Assembly (NCBI GenBank): GCA_963811105.1
Contig: CAWEPZ010000011.1
Coordinates: forward strand, 1,408,001 to 1,472,000
Reading direction: 5' to 3'
DNA length: 64,000 bases
From: Candidatus Bathyarchaeota archaeon
GTDB lineage: Archaea > Thermoproteota > Bathyarchaeia > Bathyarchaeales > Bathycorpusculaceae
Both the position numbers and the translations under genes were made by a program. This document shows, one piece after another, positions 49,922 through 59,730 of this stretch (the first letter of the stretch is position 1; each line of letters opens with the position of its first letter). Below the pieces are notes generated by a model. That model saw only the letters and a list, made by a program, of their open reading frames with translations. It did not search any database and was not told the DNA's origin.

Positions 49922-51029
49922 CCTGACCAAAATTCCACATAAAATACTTGAAGAAGCCCATGAAGCAGGTCTCGAAACCCTAGGGAAGAACCGTTCAGCC
50001 ACCTTTTTCCATTTAAACCAAGAAACCGTAGCTGCTAAAGTTAACGAGCTCTACGAGGGCAAATTAGAGTTAATGGACGTGAAGATGGCTCTGAAGAAGT
50101 ATCAATGGCTAGAGGACTACCGTTGGAACCTTGTGAGCAAAGACAAGGACGAATTCACCAAGAAGGTGGCGGAAGATTACAGTGGGGGCTACTTCATGCG
50201 CATACTTCCTGGGGCTGAAATATCGTTTCCTCTACAATCTTGCCTGATGATTACCGAGAAGAACTTAGAGCAAAGAGTGCATAACATCATAATCGCCGAG
50301 GAGGGATCAAAAGCCCACATAATCACCAGTTGCGTACAACATTCCTCAGTTCCTAAAGCAGCGCATTTGGGCATTTCGGAGATTTATGTAAAGAAGAACG
50401 CAATGCTAAACTTTACAATGATTCATCAATGGAGCGAGGACACGCTGGTTCGACCTAGAAGCGCAGCTCAAGTTGATGATGGGGCAACTTTTGTTTCGAA
50501 TTACGTTTGCATGCGCCCTGTCCGTGATGTGCAGATGTATCCAGTGGCTTATTGCAATGGAGAAGACTCCCGTGTGAGCTTCAACAGCATACTTTACGGA
50601 CAAAAGAGCAGCCAATTGGACATCGGATCGAAAGCGGTTTTGAGCGGAAAAGGTAGCAAAGCAGAAATGGTAAGTCGCGCCATAGCTCGTGATGGATCCA
50701 GAATGATAATTCGCGGAATGATTGATGGCGACAACTCAAAATGTAAAGGTCATTTAGAATGCCGAGGGTTACTCATGGATGATAAATCGCTTATGCAGTC
50801 CATTCCAGAGCTTATTGCAAGGAAAAAAGGTGTAGAAATAACACATGAGGCTGCCGTGGGGAAGATTAGCGAGAAAGAAATTACGTACCTAATGACACGC
50901 AGACTATCGCGAGATCAAGCAGTTTCCCTCATTATACGCGGCTTCATGGATGTGAGCATTCTTGGTTTGCCGGAGGCTTTGAACGCCGAGATCAAAAGTA
51001 TCGTTAACGCATCTACAGGGACTGAATAA
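49905..51029 (+). CDS. sufB: SufB/SmsB Fe-S scaffold (archaeal minimal SUF system)
   Basis: PLQSCL, QRVHNIIIAEEGS, QMYP, KGHLECRGLL, ITHEAAVGKI, IIRGF. Confidence 0.92.
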   Translation: MSKESDLTKIPHKILEEAHEAGLETLGKNRSATFFHLNQETVAAKVNELYEGKLELMDVKMALKKYQWLEDYRWNLVSKDKDEFTKKVAEDYSGGYFMRILPGAEISFPLQSCLMITEKNLEQRVHNIIIAEEGSKAHIITSCVQHSSVPKAAHLGISEIYVKKNAMLNFTMIHQWSEDTLVRPRSAAQVDDGATFVSNYVCMRPVRDVQMYPVAYCNGEDSRVSFNSILYGQKSSQLDIGSKAVLSGKGSKAEMVSRAIARDGSRMIIRGMIDGDNSKCKGHLECRGLLMDDKSLMQSIPELIARKKGVEITHEAAVGKISEKEITYLMTRRLSRDQAVSLIIRGFMDVSILGLPEALNAEIKSIVNASTGTE

Positions 51030-51189
51030 CTAGTTTGCATAGTTGCGAAAAATCCTCCTTATCCAAGATGTGCTTTCAAGAAGCATTCAGATACTTTTTT
51101 CAAACCATTTCGGATTGAGAAGCTGGTGAAATCTTCTGCCATTTGAGAAATTTATTTTCGGTTTCGCACATTTAGGTTCGTAAAAAATT

Positions 51190-53688
51190 CTAAGATCGTC
51201 TCAACTTTATATGACGTTTCCAGATTAAGTAGCCAGCCGTGATAGTCACGATGATCCCGGTCGTAGCTATAGAGGCAATTACAACCGCTAAGATAGATAT
51301 TGATGTGCTGTTTTGCGATTGAATCGAAGCCTCGTAACTGGTACCATTTGAGAAGCAGTAGACGTTCCAGTCGTTGCATCCGATGTAAAGTCTTCCGTTA
51401 GCTATAGTGGGTGATGACCAGCTGCTGGAGGTTGTGGTGTAGGTTGCAAGTTTTACTCCCTTGTTTGTAGCGTCTAGAACAAATATGTCACGTTGGCTTG
51501 TCACAACATAGATTTTGCCGTCAGCATAAGAAGGCGCAATGTACAGTTCGTCTCCTGTGAAAAAGCTCCAAATTGAGGCGCCGGTCATGGCGTTGATGCA
51601 TTTGATGTCAAATTTGTCAATTATGAAAAGTTGGCCGTTAACGTAGATTGGTGAGAGAACCACGAATTCGGTAGCGGCTGGATCTGTTACTGTCCATACA
51701 ATCGCGCCTGTGGTGTCGTTTATTCCGTAGTAGGTCCTTATGTTAGCGGTTGCGAAGACCATGCCTTGTGCAACTGAGGGCGACCCAAGCATTTCATCGC
51801 CTCCTGTAAACTGATATTCATAAGGAAGCTGTTGTTTCCAGATAACATCCCCTGTATTGGCGCTAAGTTTGTAGAGAACTCCTGTTGTTGGTTCTTGCGA
51901 GGTGAAGTAAACCGCGTTGTAGGCGGCTGCTGGAGAAGATTCGATTGGCCCATTGGTTTTTGTCTCCCAGACGATGTTGCCGCTGTTGGAATCAAGTGCA
52001 TACATGTATCCGTCTAAAGATCCAATGTAGACTTTACCTCCGGAAACCGAGGGCGAAGATTTAAGCACGACCGAACCAAAAGTGAACTCCTGATTACCAT
52101 TAACAAAAGTTTTCCAGATGAGGCTACCTGTATAAGCGTCAAGACAATAAACGTAGCCGTCATCGCCTCCGGTGTAAACTTTGCCATCCGCGACAGCAGG
52201 TGAAGATTCAACGGAGCCTTGAGTTGTAAACTTCCAAATCAGGTTGCCACTCCATGCTCCAACAGCATAGATATTTTTGTCCTGCGAACCGAAGTAAACT
52301 ATTCCATCTACCACGCTGGGGGAAGAAATGATGGCGCCGTTAGTTGAAAACTTCCAGGTTAAACTGAGGTTAGAAGGTCCCTGTTGAGCAGTAGATGAAT
52401 GAGTTGGGTCGGCTCTCCACATAGGCCAGTTGCTGACTGTAACTGCGTTGGTTCCTATTGCCCAAACTTCATTTATTCTACTGTATTCGTTTCCTGAGAC
52501 AGAATCAACTGATGTTGTTACGTTGCCTGGTATGAGGTATAAGTTGCCGTATGCTACAGCTACTGATTCTCTTGGGGCTAAGGCTTCTATTGGCAGCTTC
52601 CAAATTGGCTGTCCTGTGTAGGCGTTTATGCATGCAAACTCGGAAATGCCAATTTGCCCACCATACATGGCAACTTCACCTGTTGTGACGTAGATTTTGC
52701 TGTCGGCCACTGTGGGCATTCCTGGCCAGAGTAGTGTGTTGTCCGGTCCTTTGTATCTCCATACTAAATCGCCATTTACAATGTTGATGGCGTATAGGTA
52801 TCCGTCTTTGTTCATTTCATAAACATTTCCATAAGCTACTGCTGGGCTAGAGGTGAAGTATCCATTTGTCTGAGGTGAGTATGTCCATAGTATTTGCCCG
52901 TTTGTGGTGTTGAAGCAGTACATTGTGTTGTCATCTGTTCCTCCTCGGAGAAATTTGCCGTCAGAATAGGCGCCATTGAAAATCATAGGTCCCTTCGTGA
53001 GCGCATTCCAAACGATTTTGCCTGTTCTGGCGTCGAGCGCTATTTGCTGATTTTCAAAGGATCCTGGGAAAACTAATCCGCCGCCATAGGTTGTTCCTAA
53101 GCCTGTTGTTCCGCCGCCTGGAACATAGGCTTGCCATGCCTTAGTTGGGGGTTTGGAGGTGTCAGAGAAATCCCAAGCTTGGGTGTAAGAGTTTACTTTG
53201 ATGTAGAACATTTTTTGTTCTGGACTGTAGACATTAGCGTTAAAGATACCTGTGTCAGCATTAAAGTCAGAGCTGGTCCAAAGTATGGTTCCTGTTTTTG
53301 GGTCAAGGCAGGTGCCTTCCACCAGCATGTGTGAATCGTCAATCTTGTATGCTATTGGCCAGTTCTTAGGCATTGGGATAGCTATTTTCCAAGCGATGTT
53401 ACCTGTTTGGTCAAGGGCAACAACTGAGGTGTTGGTACAGACAAAAACGAATCCGTCAAACGCTGAAATGTAACTTTGCACTCCAGTTACATTTGCTTTC
53501 CAAAGTATCGCTGGTGTGTCAGGGGCTGGTCCCTGTGAGAACCGTGTAAAAGAGGAATCGCCTTGAAACTGTGGCCACTCATACTGACTTAAAATGGCAT
53601 TACTGGAATTTGTGTTAGCGGTCGGTTCTGCACTTGCATTTGATTGGAAGGTTGAAATCGAAACAAAAATTGATAAAACAAGCAGCAA
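51190..53688 (-). CDS. Secreted, membrane-anchored tandem PQQ-like beta-propeller protein
   Basis: Signal-like N-terminus; two WPxF/W..D entry motifs followed by SSPAVADGKVY-type repeats; C-terminal TM plus basic tail. Confidence 0.88.
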   Translation of the reverse strand: MLLVLSIFVSISTFQSNASAEPTANTNSSNAILSQYEWPQFQGDSSFTRFSQGPAPDTPAILWKANVTGVQSYISAFDGFVFVCTNTSVVALDQTGNIAWKIAIPMPKNWPIAYKIDDSHMLVEGTCLDPKTGTILWTSSDFNADTGIFNANVYSPEQKMFYIKVNSYTQAWDFSDTSKPPTKAWQAYVPGGGTTGLGTTYGGGLVFPGSFENQQIALDARTGKIVWNALTKGPMIFNGAYSDGKFLRGGTDDNTMYCFNTTNGQILWTYSPQTNGYFTSSPAVAYGNVYEMNKDGYLYAINIVNGDLVWRYKGPDNTLLWPGMPTVADSKIYVTTGEVAMYGGQIGISEFACINAYTGQPIWKLPIEALAPRESVAVAYGNLYLIPGNVTTSVDSVSGNEYSRINEVWAIGTNAVTVSNWPMWRADPTHSSTAQQGPSNLSLTWKFSTNGAIISSPSVVDGIVYFGSQDKNIYAVGAWSGNLIWKFTTQGSVESSPAVADGKVYTGGDDGYVYCLDAYTGSLIWKTFVNGNQEFTFGSVVLKSSPSVSGGKVYIGSLDGYMYALDSNSGNIVWETKTNGPIESSPAAAYNAVYFTSQEPTTGVLYKLSANTGDVIWKQQLPYEYQFTGGDEMLGSPSVAQGMVFATANIRTYYGINDTTGAIVWTVTDPAATEFVVLSPIYVNGQLFIIDKFDIKCINAMTGASIWSFFTGDELYIAPSYADGKIYVVTSQRDIFVLDATNKGVKLATYTTTSSSWSSPTIANGRLYIGCNDWNVYCFSNGTSYEASIQSQNSTSISILAVVIASIATTGIIVTITAGYLIWKRHIKLRRS

Positions 53689-53907
53689 AGTAAGAATAGC
53701 TATTTTTGGTAATTGTCTTTGTCTGCTGATATTTATGAAATTGTGTCTGAAATTTTTGTTGATTTATTTGTGTCTCCTTGCCTCAAGTGATTTTCATTTC
53801 ACTATTAATTTCAGGAAATTTATTGTGCTCCAAATTTTACTTACCTGTGAGCAGTATCTATTCACTATTTTCTAGGTAAAGCATGTCTGCTTATGTTCCC
53901 AAAAGTA

Positions 53908-53953
53908 GTTGCATAATTAAATCATATTAATACTTTATGTTTATAAAATAAAC
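53908..53953 (-). promoter_or_regulatory. Operator-TATA-operator module 3 (upstream of the beta-propeller gene)
   Basis: Minus strand reads GTTTATTTTATAAAC (53953-53939), 5 nt, GTATTAATA, then ATTTAATTATGCAAC (53922-53908); 31-bp spacing as in modules 1 and 2. Confidence 0.7.
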
Positions 53954-54125
53954 CAAAAATAATTCTATTTAGTGTCTTCTAAATTTACACAATCAAACAC
54001 AACAAATGTGTTTATATTTTTCAGCTATCTTGTTTTGGGACCGAGATGAGGCAGGAGCCTGATTTTTATCTGGTCGTCGCCAAACAAAGCCTGCGGATAT
54101 CGGGAAATCATAAAGGCAATCCCTT

Positions 54126-55031
54126 TTAATTTGGTATGGGTTCGTCTGGGTCTATTCGAACTTTTATCTCTATTACCTCATCAAATTCCTTTTTTATGCG
54201 TTCTTCTATTTCGTAAGCTATTTTGCCCGAATCCCTAACCGTTAAGTCAGCATCAACCACAACATGCAGATCCCCAATTAGATAAGGCCCTATTTTCCTC
54301 ATTCGTAGACTATGCACCTGCTTAACTAGCTCGGCACTTCTAGCAATGTTCTCTATGTCTCTTAGGATTTCTGGGCATTGGCAAGCATCCATCAGTACCA
54401 AAGAGGCTTCTTTCATTATTGTATACACCATCGTGAAAACGAATAATGAGATTATTATTCCAGCTATGGCGTCAGATTGAATGATGTTGAAGTATCTGGC
54501 CAGAGCGATACCTGTGAAGGCTGTTATGGACGTGAGTACGTCTTTGACTGAGTTGGAGGCATCTGTTTTCAGAGCTAGAGAGGCATATTTCTTGGCGGCA
54601 CGCCTTTTGTAGATTAGAAGCACTGATGACACTGCAGTTGCCAACAATGCAACCACGAGGGCTATTTCGGCATTTGCAATTGCTGTGGGCTTCATGAATT
54701 CCTGATAAGATTCGTATAGCACTACTACGCCTAAGGTTGCCATAAAAAGTGCGGCGATTATGCTGCTGAATGTTTCAACTCGGTAGTATCCAAAGTGGAA
54801 TTTACCATCGGGCGCTCTTCTTGATATGCGTAGGCCAATCCAGACGATGAGTGATACTCCGGCGTCAGCAAAGGATTGGATACCGTCAGCAATCAATGCT
54901 ACGCTTAAGGTGAATATTCCCATGGAGACTTCGGCTATGCCTACCATCAGTTGTATGGCGAAAGATTTTCTTGCGACTTTTCCGCCTTGTACAAGCGTGT
55001 TTGATTTCAGTCGGCGAGCTTCAGTTTCCAT
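54126..55031 (-). CDS. Cation diffusion facilitator (FieF-like)
   Basis: SVALIADGIQSFAD, FHFGYYRVE, LKTDASNSVKD, LRMRKIG. Confidence 0.9.
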   Translation of the reverse strand: METEARRLKSNTLVQGGKVARKSFAIQLMVGIAEVSMGIFTLSVALIADGIQSFADAGVSLIVWIGLRISRRAPDGKFHFGYYRVETFSSIIAALFMATLGVVVLYESYQEFMKPTAIANAEIALVVALLATAVSSVLLIYKRRAAKKYASLALKTDASNSVKDVLTSITAFTGIALARYFNIIQSDAIAGIIISLFVFTMVYTIMKEASLVLMDACQCPEILRDIENIARSAELVKQVHSLRMRKIGPYLIGDLHVVVDADLTVRDSGKIAYEIEERIKKEFDEVIEIKVRIDPDEPIPN

Positions 55032-55050
55032 AGATTAAAAGTTGGAAATG

Positions 55051-55296
55051 TTAAACTAAAACCTTCTTAATGCGCTTTGGCCTTTCTAATGTAGTAGTTA
55101 TTTTGGCGTATTTGCTCTTGCAGGAAACCTCATTTTTCAGTTGGGGTTGATTAAAGAATATGGCTTCAAAGTGTAGTTCTATAGATTCGCTTCTTGATCT
55201 TTTCTGTCTTGTGGCATCTTGATCTGTTTTCTCTAACACGCTATTAGAAACGGCAATGGTTACGGAGGTTTTTTCAATCAAAGGGGGCCAAAACAC
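55051..55296 (-). CDS. Possible ribbon-helix-helix (CopG/NikR-like) protein
   Basis: TSVTIAVSNSVLEKTDQDATRQKRSRSESIE resembles the RHH strand-helix-SRSE pattern. Confidence 0.4.
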   Translation of the reverse strand: MFWPPLIEKTSVTIAVSNSVLEKTDQDATRQKRSRSESIELHFEAIFFNQPQLKNEVSCKSKYAKITTTLERPKRIKKVLV

Positions 55297-55336
55297 CTTT
55301 AGCTGCTCGCCGAATTTCTTGAAAGCAATCTGTGAC

Positions 55337-57424
55337 TCAATGGGTTTTTGGTTGATAGACGCACCAGGGGTCTTCTGTTAAATAATCGTTTCTGACCTCT
55401 GTTGGTTCATGAAGGTCACCGCAGTAATCGATGAAATCACTTGAAAGTCCATAAGCGCGCGCTCTGCAACCGCCACATATAGTACGGTATTCGCATTCGC
55501 CGCATTTACCCTTCAAAGAGTTCGGGTCTCGTAAAGTTTTGAATATTGGTGAGTTAAACCAAATTTCTTTAAAGCTTTTTTCTCGAATGTTCCCCAGTTT
55601 GATTGGAAGGTACGGGCAGGGGGTTACATCCCCGTTAGGGTAAATACGGCAGTAGTATAAGCCTGCCATGCAGCCACGAACCCACTGCCTCATGTCTAAG
55701 CCCATGCCTTTGGCGATGCGCATAAATTGTGGCGCACAGGAGGGTCTCACGTTCAACTTGTGCTTGGCGACTTTAGCGAATGTGTTGGTGATCATATCTT
55801 CGTATTTTTGAGGTGAGATGTCTGTTAGTTTGATTCCGCGCCCTGTTGGAACAAGGAAGAACAGGTGAAAATTTTCTACGCCTATGCCTTCAGCCAATGA
55901 CATTATTTCGTCAATTTGATTGTAGTTTTGCTGAGTTAAGGTTGTATTTACCTGGACGAGCACATTGCTATTTCTCAGGGCTTTGCATGCGTTCACTGCT
56001 TTTTCCCATGCGCCAACTACGCCCCTGAACTCGTCGTGCTGTGCTGGAATTTGGGAGTCTAGACTGATCGAAACCGTTGCTATTCCCGCCGCTTTTAATT
56101 TGGCAGCTACGGTGTCGTCGATGAGGCTGCCGTTGCTTCCGAGCCCCATTTTTAAACCTTTAGATGCGCCATACTCAATGATCTCAAAGATGTCTGGGCG
56201 CAGCAGAGGTTCACCACCGCTGAGTATAAGCAATGGCTTGCTAACTTGGCATATTTGATCCATTAGTTTTTTTGCTTCTTCAGTGGTCAGTTCATTATCT
56301 AGCTTCTTTTCTGTTGCGTTAATGTAACAATGGCTACATTTCATGTTGCATTCGCGAGTAACGTTCCAAGACATTACTAGCGGAACAAACCTTTCTGATG
56401 TGGTGGCTTCTGGTGAATAAGCCAGTCTAAGGTAGAATTCGCAGTTGCCCTTGGAGGCCATTAGTCTAGGCTGCCACAAAGTAAACGGGAAGGGCAGAAC
56501 CGTGTCGAGCATTGCTTTGGCGTGAGCAAAACAGAAATGCCTACAAAACAGCGCCGAAACCTTGTCGTTCACACCGTATTTTTCAGCTGCGTACCTGTGG
56601 CTTCCAAAGATTGGGCAGTTCAGAAACTCCATATGCCCATCGAGCTTTTCTATGTTCATAGTGTAGTTGATAAAGTGATCGCTTAGCATGATTGATTGCA
56701 GTTTTTCTCTTCGCATGCCGACCCTCAATGTCACGTCGAGGGCAATGTTAACTGTATCTCGACCGAACTTCTCCTGCACTCGAGCCATTGCATTCTCAAG
56801 TGATTGTATACCAACAGTCTTTGCAAGTGCTGCTGTTACGAGTAAGCCTTTGATTGTTTCGTATTCTTGTATGAGTCGCATCCGTATAACTTGTTCTGCC
56901 CATTCACTGAACAATTCTTCGAATGCTTGGGTTGCTTGGGGGTTAAGGTTGTTTAGGAGGGTTTCGACTTTCTTGTTTTCCTGCTTTAACTTGGTAAATA
57001 GAGCGATTTTTGCTTCTGTTCCCAACCGTGGACTTTTAGGAATATCTTTGAAAGCTAGTTGGAGTGAGGCTATTTCTTTGGTTAATTCTTTAGCGTCAGA
57101 TTCGAAATCGCCATAAATCTCGTTTAAATGTGCCGATATGTCAGGCATCTCGGCGTTAAGTTCGTCGAGAATTACGCGGGTTTCCGACTCCATCTTCGTT
57201 ACCATTGCCATGTGGTACAAGAGTGAGCCAGCCATGCCTGGGTCAGCATGTTTGCCGCCCGTTGTTCCTGTGAAGATTTGATTAGACAGTCGCTTTGCGT
57301 AATCAAAATCTTGTTTTTCTATGGCGTCTTGGGCTTGCTTTAGCTTTTGGTATCTGGAAAGTAGGAGTTGCGCCCATTTATGGCATTGTCTAACGTCAAA
57401 GTTAGTTAACGCGTCCACGTCCAT
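55337..57424 (-). CDS. Radical SAM/SPASM enzyme (AhbD/NirJ-like) with a ~345-aa N-terminal fusion
   Basis: WNVTRECNMKCSHCY, SGGEP, HLFFLVPTGRG, PSCAPQFMRI, RGCMAG, PCPY, CGECEYRTICGGCRARAY, EDPWC. Confidence 0.88.
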   Translation of the reverse strand: MDVDALTNFDVRQCHKWAQLLLSRYQKLKQAQDAIEKQDFDYAKRLSNQIFTGTTGGKHADPGMAGSLLYHMAMVTKMESETRVILDELNAEMPDISAHLNEIYGDFESDAKELTKEIASLQLAFKDIPKSPRLGTEAKIALFTKLKQENKKVETLLNNLNPQATQAFEELFSEWAEQVIRMRLIQEYETIKGLLVTAALAKTVGIQSLENAMARVQEKFGRDTVNIALDVTLRVGMRREKLQSIMLSDHFINYTMNIEKLDGHMEFLNCPIFGSHRYAAEKYGVNDKVSALFCRHFCFAHAKAMLDTVLPFPFTLWQPRLMASKGNCEFYLRLAYSPEATTSERFVPLVMSWNVTRECNMKCSHCYINATEKKLDNELTTEEAKKLMDQICQVSKPLLILSGGEPLLRPDIFEIIEYGASKGLKMGLGSNGSLIDDTVAAKLKAAGIATVSISLDSQIPAQHDEFRGVVGAWEKAVNACKALRNSNVLVQVNTTLTQQNYNQIDEIMSLAEGIGVENFHLFFLVPTGRGIKLTDISPQKYEDMITNTFAKVAKHKLNVRPSCAPQFMRIAKGMGLDMRQWVRGCMAGLYYCRIYPNGDVTPCPYLPIKLGNIREKSFKEIWFNSPIFKTLRDPNSLKGKCGECEYRTICGGCRARAYGLSSDFIDYCGDLHEPTEVRNDYLTEDPWCVYQPKTH

Positions 57425-57556
57425 GAAGCTTAGTGATACCCACTTGATGGTAAAAAAGGTTAATGGAACTTGAACTGTCTATCAATAGCCCATATCTATT
57501 GTAAAAGTCGATTCGACAAGCTAATTAAACTCCTGTGGGAACATAGCCAACTTGAA

Positions 57557-57710
57557 AGTGGTGTAACTATGAAGGTGAACGCGTCTTCTAAAGTAAGGAA
57601 GGAACTATTAGAGGCAGCTTGGAGAAGAGCTGAAGCGAACTGTCCAGTATTGTATATTTTCCAAAGACCCAATTTCTGTAAAAGTTTATTTTGAAGGAAG
57701 ATCAGAATAA
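57557..57710 (+). pseudogene. OsmC C-terminal remnant (paralog of 47379..47807)
   Basis: SGVTMKVNASSKVRKELLEAAWRRAEANCPVLYIF, frameshift, KDPISVKVYFEGRSE*; closely matches the C-terminus of the intact OsmC. Confidence 0.8.
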
Positions 57711-57753
57711 AGCTGTCCGATTTTGCTTTTTCAAGGAAAAAGGAGGTGATTGA

Positions 57754-58038
57754 GTGTTATTTGAGGCAACACATAAACATCAAGCGTCTCAGTGTCCTCT
57801 GATCACATCTGAGGGCAAGGGTATGCTCAAAAGACTGTTTTCAGATGAGAACGTTGAGAATGCAGGAGTTAAAATAGTCGCTGGTTACATGAGCTGTCCG
57901 AAAGACACCGCAGATGATCACAAAGGTTTCTTCACGATAGAGGCGGCCGATCCGATAACTGTTTCAAAATTCTTTGGTCAAATGGCTGTTGAAGTAAGAC
58001 CAGTCAAGCCATTGAGCGAAGTTGCAAAAACTCTATAG
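57754..58038 (+). CDS. Small hypothetical protein (possible dimeric alpha-beta barrel, His/Cys motifs)
   Basis: GGAGGTGA RBS; HKHQASQCP...CP...DHKGFFTIEA. Confidence 0.7.
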   Translation: MLFEATHKHQASQCPLITSEGKGMLKRLFSDENVENAGVKIVAGYMSCPKDTADDHKGFFTIEAADPITVSKFFGQMAVEVRPVKPLSEVAKTL

Positions 58039-58617
58039 CAAGAAACCGCAATTGCCTTTCTTTTTAGCAATCAATCATATTCGCAAACACCTCTCGCTTA
58101 TCAGGTAATTTCAGATTCCCCTTTTTGAGTGTAAAATTACAAAATGTGATGCATTTGTTTACATGAAACTTCCTGGTTCATCATTTCTTAAGTTGTTTCA
58201 ATCCTCTTGTAACTCTAAGCGAATTCTACTCTTTACGAAATAGAACAAGTGGCTTGCCTGCTTCTTTTCTTGAAATTCTCTTGATTTCGGTTAAATCAGA
58301 ATTACTTAAGCGCTCACAAGGGTCAGAAAGTTGAAATTCTTCCAGAATAAAATTTATTTCACCATCAGAGTATCAACCTTATTTACCCTTAACCGTTTCA
58401 TGAATGGCCTGCATCTCGAATATAACACGTGACAGTATTAAATAAGCAAAAATCACTAATACATTTCGTCTATAAAAATAGACTAATATATCGCAGAGGT
58501 AAATTTTATAGTTTACTGCAGTTATTTGCTTCACCATTTTCACCGGAAAAAAACCGTAATAAAATGATTCAAAATGTTACACACAGATAAAAAAATAAGC
58601 ATCAATTACTTTTATAG

Positions 58618-58983
58618 TCACCATTTTGTCAGGTAAACCTTGTCTCTTTCCTTGAATCCACGGATTAGTTCACAGTGACGGAGAATAGCAAATTCCTGCT
58701 CTAATTCCTCTGCTTTAATATTTAGAATTTTAAGTAATTCTTCTTTTGTGATTTTGCCGTGTTCCTCTATGGTGTGGTAGATTTTTTGCTGTAACTCAGT
58801 TAAGCCTGAACTGCCTGATTGTCCTAATTGTTTTCGAACAGATAAGGCTGATGACACAGCCATTGGATCACAAGCCTTGGGCGGATTAGTTTCATACATG
58901 CAACAGTCCTCACATAGGTATTTACCATTAAGACTGTAACCTTCTTCTTTCTTGAGGTCTAAACCACAACGGTCACATCGCAT
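58618..58983 (-). CDS. Zn-finger plus winged-helix hypothetical protein
   Basis: CDRC...LCEDC, KACDPMAV, LTELQQKIY...FAILRHCEL. Confidence 0.78.
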   Translation of the reverse strand: MRCDRCGLDLKKEEGYSLNGKYLCEDCCMYETNPPKACDPMAVSSALSVRKQLGQSGSSGLTELQQKIYHTIEEHGKITKEELLKILNIKAEELEQEFAILRHCELIRGFKERDKVYLTKW

Positions 58984-59097
58984 ATTAAAGCCAATCTAGT
59001 GCTGCCAGTCCTTGTTTATTTCCTTTGCTAAAGAATTTTTCAACCAGCGCACATTAATACTCGATTGATTTTCGCATAACCGATTGAGGCGTTAGCA

Positions 59098-59694
59098 TTG
59101 AAAAATCATAGTGATAATCATACCGATCGTGCCAAGTTCTTAATGTCTGAAGAAAGAAAACAATGGCATAATCCAGAAAACATCTTAAAACTTGCAGGTG
59201 CCACAAAAGGGATGATTATGGCCGATTTAGGCTCAGGACCTGGCTTCTTTACTATTCCGATGGCTCAGATAGTTGGAGAAAATGGTCTCGTATATGCTAT
59301 TGATAGTAATCAGAATATGCTAGATAGCTTGAAGAAGAACATTGCCAAGTCGGGAGTGAATTCAAAAGTGATTAAAATTATTAATAGCGATGTGTGCCAT
59401 ACAGGAATTCCTAAAGAATATCTCGACCTTGTCCTTTTTGCCAACGTTCTTCATGAAGTAGATGACAGGAAAGCTTTCTTTCAAGAGATTAGACGCATAT
59501 CTAAACTCACAGCAAATATCGTTGATGTGGACTGGAAAAAGATTCAAACGGAGCATGGACCGCCACTAGAAAGTCGCCTATCCGAATATGAGGCTAACCA
59601 GATTCTTTCAGAAAGTGGATTTACAGTTGTAAAACAAACTGATGCAGGACCATATCATTATGAGTTAATTTGCAAGCCAACAGTTCAATCGTAA
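59098..59694 (+). CDS. Class I SAM-dependent methyltransferase
   Basis: ADLGSGPGFFT, VYAID, NVLHE, VDWKK..HGPP. Confidence 0.88.
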   Translation: MKNHSDNHTDRAKFLMSEERKQWHNPENILKLAGATKGMIMADLGSGPGFFTIPMAQIVGENGLVYAIDSNQNMLDSLKKNIAKSGVNSKVIKIINSDVCHTGIPKEYLDLVLFANVLHEVDDRKAFFQEIRRISKLTANIVDVDWKKIQTEHGPPLESRLSEYEANQILSESGFTVVKQTDAGPYHYELICKPTVQS

Positions 59695-59730
59695 GATCTA
59701 TAGCTGTTCTAAATTTGTGACTTTTGTTTT

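Noticed and set aside
51190-53688. PQQ-dependent dehydrogenase, with the radical SAM gene as PqqE
   Set aside because: The repeats are BamB-like structural blades without recognisable quinoprotein catalytic motifs; no pqqABCD; the radical SAM motifs fit AhbD/NirJ better
58060-58415. Protein-like minus-strand stretch (SDGEINFILEEFQLSDPCERLSNSDLTEIKRISRKEAGKPLVLFRKE)
   Set aside because: Interrupted by stops and no family recognised; probably a remnant but not supportable as a feature
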